Of a DNA stretch of 64,000 nucleotides, positions 11,704-25,815 are shown piece after piece (the stretch's first letter is position 1; each line of letters opens with the position of its first letter). The notes below the pieces were generated by a model. The model made no database searches. It saw only the letters and a program-made list of their open reading frames with translations, and was not told the DNA's origin. This DNA comes from the human T2T-CHM13v2.0 reference genome, Homo sapiens, in the NCBI RefSeq assembly GCF_009914755.1, contig NC_060930.1; one strand, 5' to 3'. A program made the translations under genes and the position numbers.

Positions 11704-14700
11704 TATCAAAGTGTACATGACAGTGTCTGCGTATAATTGGGAGAGTCTTATGTCGTAACAGATTGGACATTACTTCAGTTTTAAAATGGTAATTTGGAGT
11801 ATCCAACACACTGCTGATCACTAATGAAGATTTTAAACTTTTCTTTACCTTTTTTTAAGAGTTGACCTATTTGTGGTTATTCTACATCAGGCACCTTTGA
11901 GTGGCACCAGACCCTCCTGAGTGAACTGTGACTTGGGAATTAACATAAAGTATAGCCAGTTATATTTATTAAGGAATAATAGGGATATTTTATTATGTAA
12001 AATAATGGCACGTCTTATCTGCTGCCATTACTCTGGGGACAGGTTCATGAAGAATAGACAATTACCAAGCAAGAAGGTTGTACATATAAAATAAAGTGTT
12101 TATTTTACCCTCCAACTTCCATACCTTATTACTTCTGTAGTTGCTGTGAATTACCAAATAGATTTGGTAAATTAATTTACTTGAGCAATGAATAGTGATA
12201 CTTATAGTAACCCCCTCCTTTCAGTGCCAGCAATAGAATTTAATAAATGTTGTGGATGATTACAAACATACGAGATCAATGCCCTGTTCTCTCTGCCTGC
12301 TTTTGTCAAGGGAGTAAGGTGAAGTTGATGATCCCTGGCACGTATGCCTTGTGGAGCAGTGCCATTGTGGATACCCTCATCTAAATAGTGATTTCCTCCT
12401 GGGGCTCTACTCACTCACCAATAGGATTTGGGGTGCTCAGGAAACCCTGTTTGAAACATAGTTCTTCCTCATCTATTACCTTGGAATATGTGAAAAGTAT
12501 TCGTCTATTTCTGTCTTCTTTTCCTGGTAAAGAGGGATACTTTTATCCTTTTGAATCAGATAGTAACTAAATTGAAAAGAGCACATTGTATTCAGAAAAC
12601 TAGACTGTTAGCAGCACCATATTTTTAATCATGTGATAAACTGCATCATGATGAAAAGGATTAAACAGGATCAGATCATCAGAAACTAAAAATGTCAACT
12701 AATTGAGTTTTCATTTTAGGCTTCTGAGTCAAAGATTTCTTGGAATATTTAGCAACATATAATTAAATGAGATACTATCTATCTAAACTTTTACTTGTCT
12801 TGGTGAATTATTATTACCTAGTTCAGAAAATAGTATTATTCCACTACAAATTACCCCTATAAATCTCTGCCTTCTGAAACCATCTGCTACTCCCTTCATC
12901 ATCATTTGTCGTTCTCAACAGGAATCTGATGATTGCCTACCACTTTATCCATGGACTGCAAAACCACAAGTCCTTCTTTAAAAAAAAAAAAAAAGAACAA
13001 GTGCTACCTGGAGCTGTTTTAACCACAGAATTAAGTTAGCTTTAGAAAGCCGAGCATAGAAATGTAGGTCTTCGCTGTGTTAAAAGAAGGGAGATATTAG
13101 AAGCACTCTCGCCACTGTAGTTCAATGAGAAATTTTCTGATAGAATGTTTTGTATCTGGCAGCATTTTGCAAGGCTGTCTTTTTCTACTGCTTCATGTTC
13201 TCCTTCTTTTATGAAGCCTGTGCTCCCACCAGCTAAAAGGACAGAGTCCTTAACGGCATGGTAGATGCAGCTTACTGGACTGTTTATTTTATACTGGCAG
13301 CCCCAGGAATTTGTGTCATCTCACTTGAATGTTTTATATGTGTCTAGTTGAACTCCAAAATAACACTAGTTTAAATATTAGTTGTATTACAGGTTCAATT
13401 CAATTTATTCATAATAAGGTTTGATCTCCTGTATTATACAGAAGAATATATAAACATTCTGTGAAATCTATAGATTAGAGGATAGGGGATAGAGGTTTAT
13501 AAAAGATCAAAATTAATGCTTTTCTGGTGCTTTTTGGAGTTGGAAAAAGCAATTTATTTTTCATGCTTCACAGGTCTTGACAATTTTGATTTGTTTTCTT
13601 TGAGAGCAGACCTGTTTGAATTGGGCGATGTAAAGAACCCAAAAGAAAAAATCAAAAGCCAACAGCCTCTTTTCAAAACCGTAGCCAGTGAAAAAGAAAA
13701 GAATATGAGTCTTCCAGATCTTTTAACTGTTAGTCTTTTATTATCTCTTCAAGGAAGAGAGGCTGTATGATTGTATCAAAGACAAAAGAAGAAACAGCAA
13801 AAGAAAGAAACTAGGTTGGAAATTTGTAGCTGGTTGAAGCAATGACATTGTTAGGAGAAATTCTGTCACATTTCTTTCAAGTTGTTTTTCCATAATGTTT
13901 TTCACTCTGTCCATACAGTACAAAACTTAATTGCCATGTGCATGAAAGAACACTAGGAAGGTTTTAAGTAAACTTTTTAGGACTGCTTATAATATTATAG
14001 AGTCATAAAAGTAAATAGTTATAGATTTCGAATGAGCTGGGAATGGAATAAAGCAATGGGAAAGATCTTTAATTCACATAGAATTTTAATAAGCTAAGGG
14101 ATTTCTTCTGTCTCTAAAAGCATGCAGGGTGTTTTGCTTGTTACACTTTGCTGTCTTATTGATACTCAGGGTCTTTGCAAGCAAACTTTGTAATTCTTTA
14201 CAAAGAAGAGAAGAAAACTTCTGGGATTTAAGCTTGAAGGGTGAAATGAGACAACTCTAAAGTTCTGTTTCAGTTAGAGTCTACTCTGCAAATTTAATCA
14301 AGGTCTTCCGCAGGCATCAGCTTGACATTAAATTTAAGTGCCCCTTAAAGTGAGAGTTTGACAGCAGTTCTGAATGTGAAGCTCAGTCTGAGGACATCTT
14401 TACAGCTGGAAGGGGAAAAAAAAAAACGTTGAGAAGCCTCAAACCACTGTGGTAATTAGATCCATTTGTTAACTTCTTTTTTAATGTTGGCAAAGGGAGG
14501 GAGAGAAAAGGTTGACAGAGGCTGGAATCAGGAAGGCAGTCCAGAGCTCCCTGTAGAAATCGGGTAAGCAGAGTCCTGTATTGCAGAGAATACTGGCAGA
14601 TATTCCCTCTGACAAATGAGTGAGATGGGGAATTTATTTTATGAACTTCATTCAGTTTGTCTTCCTTTCAATACACAGAGCCATGGTGTGTGGAAGCTGC

Positions 14701-15539
14701 GTTTTGGATAGGTGTGCTGGTTTGGTTGTAAGGCCCTTTGGAAGACACAGAGCGTTATTTGGGAGTGGACCTCTGGTGGTACGTTGTTGGCCTGAAGAGT
14801 TAATGTTTCTCACAAGGGTATCTAACTTATATTCAGGTAATCACTTATTTACCCAAAGCATCTGGTCTTTTCAGTATTGAATTCCTTTTTCACAGGTCGC
14901 GATTGCCCTAGTCTAAGGCTTCTCACCATAATTGGCATTGTAGGCAATTAGCTTCATGGAAATCATGTCACCAGTAGGAAATTATCTTCCTACTTCACTG
15001 ACCTGCCTGCCAAAAATGATACTAGTTCTTGTTATTGGTTTGCTTTCTATCCTGTAAGCTCTTTTTGTTCATTGCTTCATGACATTTTACTTTTTCCAGA
15101 ATTATCACTGTAGAACCTTATCAAAGGCTAAAGAATATGTCTTTGTATAAAGCTCCTGCATTTCCCTTGAGCTTTCCATTGCAGTACTGTTCTTGAACAT
15201 TGATGACAAGGTAGTGAAACAACACTGCTAATAAATATATAATGGGTTTTTCAATCTAACCTTGCATTTCTAGGTATTCATTCACCACACTGAAACTATG
15301 AGGCTTTTTAAGGTTTTGTTTAGTTTTGCACTGAAAGCACAGGGAAAAGTAAATTCAACAAATACTGCATTTAATTAATACTGACCATCTTGCGAACATT
15401 TCCCCGATTACTCCCACACATTTTTTTAGAGATCTTACCTTCTATTTGAGTCATGGGATACCAAGGTTTTCATTACTGATTAAAAATGACATAGTGATAC
15501 ATACTTCTCTTTTCCCTTTCATTGGCAAGAATTAAACTG

Positions 15540-16900
15540 TGATTTAAACAATGCTCTATCACCCTTAACTCTTGGTTGTCCATAGAGTTCCTGCCTGGTT
15601 CTCTTCTTACTTCATGAGTCTCCTGGAGTGAACTCATTCACCCCTATGGTATTTTTTTCTATCCATATGCAAATAATCCCCAAATGTGTATCTCCAGCTG
15701 AGAATTCTCTGAGCACAGATCCATCTATACAGCTATCTCTTGGATCTCTTTTTAGGATATCCCACAAGTATCTCAAATTTAATTTGTTCAAAAATCAAAC
15801 CTGTTCTCTCATCTATTTCTCACCTATTTTGTCAATACAGAAACCCTACAGTTAACCTTGACTGTGATTTTCCACCTTCTCCATACATCCAAATCCAATC
15901 GATTCTATTTTAATACCAGTGTGTCTAAACCAGTAGATCTCAAATGGGGGTAATTTTGCCATGCAGGAGACATTTTTGGTGATCACAACTGGAGGAGGGC
16001 CTGCTCTTGGCATCTAGTGGATGGAGGCTGAGGATGCTACTAAACATCCTACAGTGCCCCTACAGTGCCCAGGACAGCCCTTCACCACAAAGAAATATGT
16101 GGCCCGAAATGTGCAGAAACCCTGTTCTAAACGGTTTCCTCTCCTCCCTTCCTTCCTTGTACTACATTAGATTGCCCTCTCATCATTCTAAGTGAAGTGG
16201 TCTCAACTTACTAGCCTAGTCTCCATTTGCCCACCCTGAACCCCATCCCATATCCTTCTTCAAAATCTAATCCAAATACTTTTCCCCTGGGTGTGTGTCT
16301 TGATCATGGCTCTCCATTACCTATATGAGGAAGTCTAAACACCTATTATTTTGTGCATGAGGCCCTCCATGACCTGGTTCTGTCTACCTCTCCAGTTCCA
16401 TCTATTGCCATTCAGCTCCCTACTCTATAATCCAATCCAGTGATTTAGCCATTCTGCACAAACTTTCCCTGCACATTCAACTACACACTCCCTCTTTCCT
16501 CATATTACCCTCCCTGCCTGGAATGCCCTTCCATTCCCCACCATGCTAACTACTGTTTCTCCTCTAAGGCTCAGGTTAGGTACATTCCTTCAGCCTTCTC
16601 TGTTGACCCCAGTATAGACTCATTGTCCCTTTCAGTTCATCTAACATATGCTATGGATGTTATACTTAATAGCTATATGACAGTACTTATACTTACAATC
16701 ATCCATTTACTTGTGTTTCCCTTATGTTTGTTTTATAGTACCCATTTACTTATGTTTCCCTTCCTTACACTATAAAGTCCTTGAGGACAGAAACTAGATC
16801 ACTTTCATATTTGAATCCCTAATAATTAGCATTGTCTCTAGTTCTTAGCATCGTGCATGACATTCTTGGGTACTCAGTAAACATGGGTAGAGTGCAGGAA
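15540..16900 (+). mobile_element. L2 LINE remnant interrupted by MER20
   Basis: ccccaaatgtgtatctccagc...tgcctggaatgcccttcc...ccttgaggacagaaac...tgggtactcagtaaa L2 text. Confidence 0.75.
15931..16124 (+). mobile_element. MER20 hAT-Charlie MITE
   Basis: CAGT...CCTG termini, ggcatctagtggatggaggctgaggatgctactaaacatcctac core, 8-bp TSD gtctaaac/ttctaaac; strand by consensus convention. Confidence 0.85.
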
Positions 16901-16959
16901 TGGTTACTTGCTTATTAGGAATCTCAAATTCATTGTTTTTAAGACCTACAAACAAGGGG

Positions 16960-17150
16960 TGGAATGGATTCTGGGCCCCAGATTGGAGGCATCACTTACA
17001 ATCAAAACTTGGGCAAGCTCTTTAATTTTCCATGCTTCATTTGCTTCATATGACAAGGGGATAATGATTACACCTACTTCAAGATGATTCTGTTAGCTGC
17101 TATTACATCTACAACAGTCAGAATTCTGTCTGTCACATGGAAACACTTGT
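16960..17150 (+). mobile_element. MIR fragment
   Basis: acttgggcaagctctttaattttccatgcttcatttgcttcatatgacaaggggataatgattacacctac. Confidence 0.6.
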
Positions 17151-17700
17151 GTTGTTTGATAATCAACCCTTCCAACAAATGTTATACTACTACGTGGATT
17201 CTCCCTATTTCAGGGGCATTCATTCTGAATATCCCTTACCTGGAGTAATCCTCTTATATCCACTATAATGTGGTAGACTGTGGGAGCTAGGGGAACCCAC
17301 CAAACAAAGTTTTAGCAAAAAGCACACATGTCAATGGATCTATGACTGCCACACCTTTGACACCTTTGTAGCCAGGCAGGGTAGATGGAGAATTGCCAAC
17401 TATGAAACTGGAGGATTTCCTATGTATGGGATATACTGTGGTATGAAAAGTTGCTCACAGGGTGTCACAGAGTACTGCTTGTTCTTAAAAAGGAAGAACT
17501 GAGGCAACTTGAGCTTTGGAATATAGAAATGTCCGTGGGTTTACATATGATTCCCAGTGAAAGTGATACCTGTGGGGTACCTAGTCTCCAAGCACTTAAA
17601 AAAGTACTTTTAGGTAGATCAAATCAGGTGCCACCATGGCACTTCTGGAAGTGGATAAGAATAGTAATCATCTGCATTTTCCCTAAAAATGACTCTGAGA

Positions 17701-17982
17701 GGCCTGGCATGGTGGCTCACACCTGTCACCGTCACTTCAGGAGGTCAAGGTGGGAAGATCACGTGAGGCCAAGAGCCTGAGACTAGCCTGGGCAACACAG
17801 TAAGACTGTCTCTACAAAAAATAAACTAGCCAGGTATGGTGGCACTCATAGACCCAGCTACTCAGGAGGCTGAGGCAGGAGGATCGCTTGAACCTAGGAG
17901 TTCGAGGCTGCAGTGAGCTATATCTAGCCACTGTGCTCCAGGCTAGGTGACAGAGTGAGACCCTGTCTCTAGGGGGGAAAAA
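17701..17982 (+). mobile_element. AluJ
   Basis: Diverged dimeric Alu with ggaggatcgcttgaacctaggagttcgaggctgcagtgagcta. Confidence 0.88.
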
Positions 17983-18149
17983 TAGATTAAATTCCCTGAG
18001 CTGGCTCACAGGTTCTCTGATCAAATCAGGCACGGTGACTTCTTGGCCTGTGCACTTCCTTCTTCATCATGGTTTTCTCACCAAGGGCCTTAGGACCAGC
18101 TCCCATGACTGAGCAGCCCAAACTGCAGGCCGCAACTAAACCAACTCAT

Positions 18150-18330
18150 TTCTATTATGTGGCAAGTTAATTAATCCTCCTGCTTCAGTTTCTCTGTCTG
18201 TAAAATTGGGATAATAGCATTACCTACATCACAGAATTTGTATGAGATGAAATGAGATAGCCAGTGTCAAATGCTTTGTGAACAGTCTGACACATGGTAA
18301 GCTCTAAATAATTGTTAGCTATTATTATAC
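18150..18330 (+). mobile_element. MIR
   Basis: cttcagtttctctgtctgtaaaattgggataatagcattacctac...tggtaagctctaaataattgttagctattatta. Confidence 0.8.
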
Positions 18331-18561
18331 AAAAGTTCTACTAAATTTTGTTTGAAATAGGGTTATCCAAATAAAGTTTGGGAACTATAATAAACTTTTG
18401 TGCATCAAAGGGTAAGAATGCTATGGAATACAAATTCTAAAACCCTTAGCCCTTCAGATAAAAAAATAAACTACAGACTCTCAGAATTATAATTTCTACT
18501 ACCAGGATTTCTCCTGTGTTTTGCTTGGCATCATGGAATAATCCATGCAAAGTAGAGCCAG

Positions 18562-19143
18562 GATTCCTCAAGGATCTAGAACTAGAAATACCATTTGATC
18601 CAGCAATCCCATTACTGGGTATATACCCAAAGGATTATAAATCATGCTACTCTAAAGACACATGCACACATATGTTTATTGCGGCACTATTCACAATAGC
18701 AAAGACTTGGAATCAACCCACATGCCCATCAATGATAGACTGGATTAAGAAAATGTGGCACATATACACCATGGAATACTATGCAGCCATAAAAATGGAT
18801 GAGCTCATGTCCTTTGCAGGGACATGGATGAAGCTGGAAACCATCATTCTCAGCAAAATATTACAAAGACAGAAAACTAAACACTGCATGTTCTCACTCA
18901 TAGGTGGAAATTGAACAATGAGAACACTTTGACACAGGGAGGGGAACATCAGACACTGGGGCCTGTTGGGGAGTGGGGGGCTGGGGGAGGGATAACATTA
19001 GGAGAAATACCTAATGTAAATGACGAATTGATGGGTGCAGCAAACCAGCATGACACACGTATACCTATGTATCAAACCTACACGTTTTGCACATGTACCC
19101 TAGAACTTAAAGTATAATAAATATTTAAAAAAAGAAAAAAAAA
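18562..19143 (+). mobile_element. L1PA (PA5/PA6-like) 3' fragment with poly(A)
   Basis: ORF2 C-terminus [22 protein letters not shown]...FSLIGGN, 3' UTR, gtataataaa and an A-tail. Confidence 0.9.
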
Positions 19144-20589
19144 GAGTTTCCGGGACAAGTCCTCACCCTATAGTTGTTCACATTCAAAGCTTTTTAGAGA
19201 GGCTAAATATAAAGCAGAGTGTGTCTCAAAAGAAAACACATAAGGGAATGGACTACCCTCAATTTCCTTCTCTAAACTGAGGACTTGTTTTTGAAGACTG
19301 AAGAAAGAAATTCCTCTTGCAATCTCAAATGGTAATATAATAATTTCAAAAGTTACTCAGAAGCTGTTGGTTTTTGATAGTAAAATGAAAAGTTAAAATT
19401 GTAAAATTGTAAGCATCAAAAATCAATCAGTATCTTTCTTATTTGAACCTTGATATTAAATTATATAGGTATTCATTTTACTTGTCCCTTCCTTCTTTTG
19501 CTTTAAATGCAAAAATGACAGAAAATTCTTACTCAGCTAAAGATTATTTTTATATTCCAGCTTGTCTTGTGATGCTTCTTGCACCCATATTAGGAAACAA
19601 AGTCTTGAAGTTCTTTGTAATGTTATATGTTACTTCAATTAAGTATGTACAAATGTCATTTTTTAATTTTTAAACTACAAAACAAGATAAATTTTTTGAA
19701 TTGCTAGCCACTTAGACTTATTTTTACAATTTGCCTCTTTATTCAGTCATATTGTCTGTCATTTCCTTTCTTTTATATTTGGTAAAAATTTTCATAGACA
19801 AAAATTTTCCCATTATGATCTAATGATTTTTAAATTCTCCACATTCCTATAATTCTGATTAAACAATCTCAAGGCATTTTTCAATTTGAAGCTCAAATCA
19901 AGCATAATTCAGGTTCATGAACATATGGAGATAGTGATGGCTTAGAAAATTTGCCATGACCAAACTGCTGCTTTTGCTGCCTTGAAGCTCTGTGGCTATT
20001 TGCTTTGTAAATTTATCCCCACTGTGGTTTCAGATACCTTGGTGAAAACAGACTCCTAGGCATACGAGGAGGACAGGATGGTAGTGGGAATGTAGAAGGA
20101 CAAAGGTTCTACTCTATTGCTCTGGTTCTACACCCTTCAATTATATTACAGGGGGTCAACACTGAGGTGGCACTTCTAATTCTCAGAACTTTGTTAAGAA
20201 CATCTCTACCTTCTAATGGTCTTTTTGTTGATTCCTTTGTTTGTTTTACTAATAATTATTGTATTTTAACTATTATAGCTTTTATACCATTTAAATTGTT
20301 TTTCTGATAATTTTACCCCAATTTACGTCTGTCCTACTATGTAGGTGTCATGCTTTGATGTGCTTCCTTTTTTCATATAATATACTTTTTAATTGAAGAT
20401 AAAATATATACAGAAAAGTGCAGGAAACATTAATGTACAAACTTTTACAAATTGAACTCACCCTATAACAATGCAGATTAAGAAACTGAATCTCAACAGC
20501 ACTCCCGAAGGCCCCCCTCATACCAGCTTCTAGTCACTAGCCCCTTTCTCTTCAAAGGTAATCACCTATTCTAACTTTTAGCACCACAG

Positions 20590-21297
<708 letters not shown>

Positions 21298-22199
21298 TAC
21301 CCCTTTCTTGTCTTCTTAAAGTCTACTTTGTCAGATATTTATACAGCTACATGTTTGTTTTGTATTGTAACTATTATATTAATACATATTTTAATTATTT
21401 TACTATACATATTTTAATTATTATAGCTTTTATACCATTTTGGTTGTTTCTGTGGGATATATTTTTCTGTAATTTTATTTTTAAACTTTCTATATCATTA
21501 TACTTAAAGTCATCTCCTCTAAGCAGCATATAGTTTAGGCTTTGCTTTTGTATACAATCTGGTAATCTTTGTCTTTATTTGCACATTGGGTCCGTTTACG
21601 TCTAATGTAATCACTGATATATTTGGTTTTAAATCTACCACTTATGTTTTGTTTTCTATTTGTTTCATCTGTTCTATGGTGTTCCTTTTCTCTCCTTTCT
21701 GGATTTCTTTAAAAAATTTTGTTTTGCTCTTACATTTGCTTGTTAATTATATAGTATTTTACTATTCTTTTACTGTTTAACCTAGAATATATAACAGGAA
21801 TCCTTAACTTATTAAAATCTAATATAAATTAGTACTTATGTTTACTATTTCAAGATAATGCAAGCACTTTTATTTCCATTTATCTTTCTCCTGCCTTATA
21901 TGTTAACATTTCATTATATATTTTAAACCCTTAATTCTCTCTGTATTTTAAGCAATACATTGTTTTATACAGTTATTGTTTATTTAGCTCTATCTACATA
22001 TTTATTTACCCTTTTCATTACTCTTTATTCTTTCCTGAATTTTCACCTGGAATTATTTTCCTTCTAACTGAATAATTCCTTTTAGTATTTTCTTTAGTAT
22101 GGGTAAGCTGATGACAAATTCTCTTAGTTCTTGTTTGGTAATTTCTTTATTTAACATTCCCTTTTGAAGGATATTTTTACAATGTATAAAATTCTAGGT

Positions 22200-22990
22200 T
22201 TGAATCCAAGTATACATTAATAGATAAATAGTTTAAAAATGTTATTTATGTATATACAATAGAATGTCGTTCACCCTTTAAACAGAAGAAAATTGACACA
22301 TGTTGCAACATAGATGAATTTTGAGGACGTTGTGCTAAGTGAAATATACCAGTCACAAAAAGACAAATAGTACATGATTACACTTACATGAGATATCTAA
22401 GGCAGTCAAATACATAGAAACAGAAAGTAGAATGGTGATTGCCAGATCACTGGGGGGAGGAGAAAGAAGAAAAGGGGTTGTTTAATTATATGTACTGAAT
22501 GTTATGTTCACCCCAAATCCATGTTAACACCCTAATTCCCATTGTGCTGGTAGTTGGAAGTGGGACCTTTGGGAGGTAGTTAGGTCACAAAGGTAGAGCT
22601 CTCATGAGTAGTACCAGTGTGCCCTTTATAAGAGGAGACATAAGAAAGATGATTTCTCTCTCACCACCATGTGAGGATGCAGCAAGAAGGCAGCTATTTG
22701 CAAACCAAGAGGACTCACACCAGACACCAAATCTGCTGGCACTCTAATCTTGGTCTTCTTAACCTCCAGAACTGTGAGAAATACATGTTTGTAGTTTAAG
22801 CCACCCAGTCTATGATATCTTGCTATTGCAGCCTGAATTAAAACAAATAGGGGTAGAGTTTCTGTTTTGCAACACAAACAATTTCTAGAGATTGGTTGCA
22901 CAATAATGTAAATATATTTAATACTGCCTAACTATACTCTTAAAATGGTTTAAATGGTAAATTTTATGTTATGTGTATCTTCTCACAACT
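22200..22990 (+). mobile_element. L1MB-type 3' end, split by an MLT1A LTR
   Basis: gctaagtgaaatataccagtcacaaaaagacaaata...gaaagtagaatggtgattgccag, resuming as gggtagagtttctgttttgcaa...aaatggtaaattttatgttatgt. Confidence 0.75.
22487..22845 (+). mobile_element. MLT1A/A0 MaLR solo LTR
   Basis: gtgggacctttgggaggtagttaggtca...ccatgtgaggatgcagcaagaaggc...aagccacccagtcta. Confidence 0.85.
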
Positions 22991-23360
22991 TTTTTTTAAA
23001 GTCTAGATTTGCAGTTGTTTTCTGTACCACTTTAAACATTATTTTTTTTTTGTCTTTTGGTTTCCATTGTTTCTGTTGAGAAGTTAGCTGTCAGTCCTAA
23101 AATTGCTCCTTTGTAGGTAATACATCTGTTTCGCACTGCTTTTATGTTGTTCTCTTTGTCTTTAGTTTTCAGTAGTTTATTATATACATAGGGTATTTTT
23201 TTCTAGTTCTGTAGGTGATGTGTGATACTTCTGAAATCTGAAATTTGATGTCTTCAGTTTTAGAAGATTTCCTGCCATTGTCTCTTCAAATATTGCTTTT
23301 TCTCTTTCATTTCTACAGACTATCTTTTTACTTTCTGTTTTTTAGTTCATATATTTTTAT

Positions 23361-23806
23361 TGAGGGACAATTCTCCATGACATTTCTATATATTTTGTAG
23401 ATCTTTTCAAGGATGTTTGTATAGCAAACCAAGATAGAAGTAGTGTTTCCTTCTAGGGTGGAGGGTAACTTTGTTTCATCAGCATCATAAAGATAATGTT
23501 CTCCTCTGAGGCAAAGATTGGTCAGGTTTGCTAGAAGTCCCGCATAAGATTGGGGATTTCCTAAGCCTGAGATTCCTCAGCAGTGACACAGATCTATTAT
23601 GTCCACAGACTCTACTTAGACTCACCTCTGTATCACTCCCATGGGATTGGAGATGGGGAGTGGGTTACAGGGGAACTAAAGCCTTGAGTAGTATCTTTGT
23701 CTCTGACACAGCAGTCTGATGCTTTCTTTCAGCATCGGTGAAATTGTGACAGCCTAACTTAGCTTGCAAGTAGGCTAAAATCTCAGAACCCTCAGAGTCC
23801 ATGACA
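23361..23806 (+). mobile_element. Solo LTR, ERVL-class (LTR47/MER68-like; family uncertain)
   Basis: TG...CA termini; tcttttcaaggatgtttgtatagc and agcttgcaagtaggctaaaatctcaga motifs. Confidence 0.7.
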
Positions 23807-24640
23807 ATTTTCTACTGAGGTATATTTTAGTTCACTAATGCTCTCTTTATTGTTGTGTCTAATCCACTGTTAAATATATTGAGATTTTAATTTCTCTTAC
23901 TGTATTTTTTTAGTTCTAGAATATCCATTTGATTCTTTTGTGTAGCTTCTAGTTCTCTGTTAGGATTCTGAATCTAATTCTCGATTTTTTAAAAAACATA
24001 ACTTTCACAGGTATTTTTAAGCCCCAGTTTGTTAACTCCAGTGTCTGGATTGCCTGTGAATTTATTTATGTTGTTTGATTTTTTTCTGATGGGCTTATCT
24101 CTACATTTGCCTTATAATTTTTGATTGAATGTTGGAATAGTGTTTGAAAAATTATAGAAATAATTTGAGGATGTGAATGATGTTATCTTCTTTCAGAAAT
24201 AATTTACTTCTGTTTCTGTAAGGCAGTTAGGCAGTAGCATATCACTCCAATCCAATCAGGAGCTGGAGTGACTTGAGGCATGGTTTTAGTCTTTATGAGA
24301 GCTGGTCTATTTTTCACTTTGCACATCTTCCTGATTGTAGTTTTTCAGGAGTCCCAGCCAGAAGCCTTGGGTTTTTATCAAGGCTAGTATTCCTTGGAAA
24401 TCCCAGGACTCCAATTTCTATCTTCCCCAACTCCATGAATCTGCTGTAAGGTGTGCTCACTTTTCAGCCTTCCAGGCTGCAGTTTAGGCTAGAAGCAGAC
24501 TACTGCAATCCGAATAGGGATAGATGTTATTTAAGACTAGGTTTCAGCCTTCGTGACGACAAAGACTGTATATAGCTTTTGAGGGGTCCAAAATGAAAGC
24601 TCAGGGTATTAAGGAGGACTCATCTTGCTAGGCTTTGAAA

Positions 24641-24747
24641 GATTGACAAAATTCTTCCAGTTTATCTAAGACTTTCCCAATTGTAGTACTAAAAGCCTCA
24701 AATCCTGAGAAACCCCTCAGTCCCATGAAAACTGGACAGTCATCCTA
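24641..24747. mobile_element. MER81-like hAT-Blackjack MITE
   Basis: aagcctcaaatcctgagaaacccctcagtccca...cagtcatccta. Confidence 0.55.
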
Positions 24748-24879
24748 GTTTTGAACTCCAATTTTTTAAATCTCAATCTTTATTTCAGAAGGCTAAAAAC
24801 TCCAATTAGCTTTTCAGTTTTTTGACTGGTCATTGTGAATCAGCAAATATCTAACGTGTTGAAAGGATGCCATGTCCCC

Positions 24880-25280
24880 ATATAAACCAAGCTCATTTCC
24901 ATTGTTCGGCCTTTAAACTTGCTTTTCCTTTGTCTGACATGGTCTTCTACTAGATTTTCTTGCAACTGTCATTATTCATGGCTCAGCTCAAGCATCATCT
25001 CTTAAGAACAACTTATGTAAAGCAGCCCCATTCTCAGTGTACTTTCTATCCCAATGCTCCATTATATGTTCTTCATAACTCCTCACTATCTTGAATTACT
25101 CACTTGTTAGATTACATTTTTATTACCTGTCTTACCCTCATCTAAGTATATATTCTGGGAAATAAACTCCATAAGAGCAAGTACCTTGTTTATCTTGTTT
25201 ATTTCCATATACACAGCATCTAGAAGAGTCCTAGAACTTAATAGGGGCTCAATAAATACTTACTGAATAAATAAATAAAT
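24880..25280 (+). mobile_element. L2a 3' end
   Basis: aaactccataagagcaag...aggggctcaataaatacttactgaataaataaat terminus. Confidence 0.8.
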
Positions 25281-25449
25281 GTCTTCTGCTGATTCGTATT
25301 TTCCAAAATTTCTCAAAACCTTAAGGCTGCCTAAATGCAAGTTGCACCACAGTTAATAATTCCTTACCTATTTGAGTCCTCTCTCAAGTAGATTGAAATT
25401 GAGTTGTTTTATAGGGCTCGTTTTCCCAATTGTTTTTGCAGTTAACCAA

Positions 25450-25815
25450 TGCTATGGTTGAATGTCCCTTCCAAAACCCATGTTGAAATTTCATTGCCAT
25501 ATGATAGTATAAAAGGTAAAACCTTTAAGAGGGGATTAAAGGTAATCCATTATCACCCCTGTGATTAATACTATTATTACAGGCATGGATTAGTTATCAT
25601 AGGAAGTGAGTTCCTGATAAAAAGGAGTTCTGCCCAATTTCTCTCTTGTGCAAGTGCTTCTCATTGTGTGATGCCTTCTGCCATGTTATGATGGCAGAAA
25701 GAAGACCCTCACCAGATGCAGCCCCTCAACCTTGGACTTCCCAGCCTCCAGACCTTTTCTGTATAAGTTACCCAGTCTGCAGTACTCTGTTATAGAGAGA
25801 AAATGTGCTAAGACA
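25450..25815 (+). mobile_element. MST-family (MSTC/D-like) MaLR solo LTR
   Basis: tgctatggttgaatgt...ctaagaca with perfect 5-bp TSD ACCAA (25445-25449, 25816-25820). Confidence 0.88.

Larger units (their letters stand above)
11024..11725 (+). other. PRIM2: PRIM2 3' UTR (approximate end)
   Basis: Runs from stop TAG 11021-11023 to just past the AATAAA signals at 11622 and 11698. Confidence 0.75.
21300..24640 (-). mobile_element. Old L1M/L1ME antisense body fragments with nested insertions
   Basis: T-rich L1 antisense text such as tctcctctaagcagcatatagtt, tttctgttgagaagttagctgtcagtc and ttttagttctagaatatccatttgattc. Confidence 0.65.

Noticed and set aside
16048-16069. Tiny tandem duplications (cctacagtgcc x2; also near 46197, 49441 and 63159)
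   Set aside because: Ordinary slippage events inside dead repeats.
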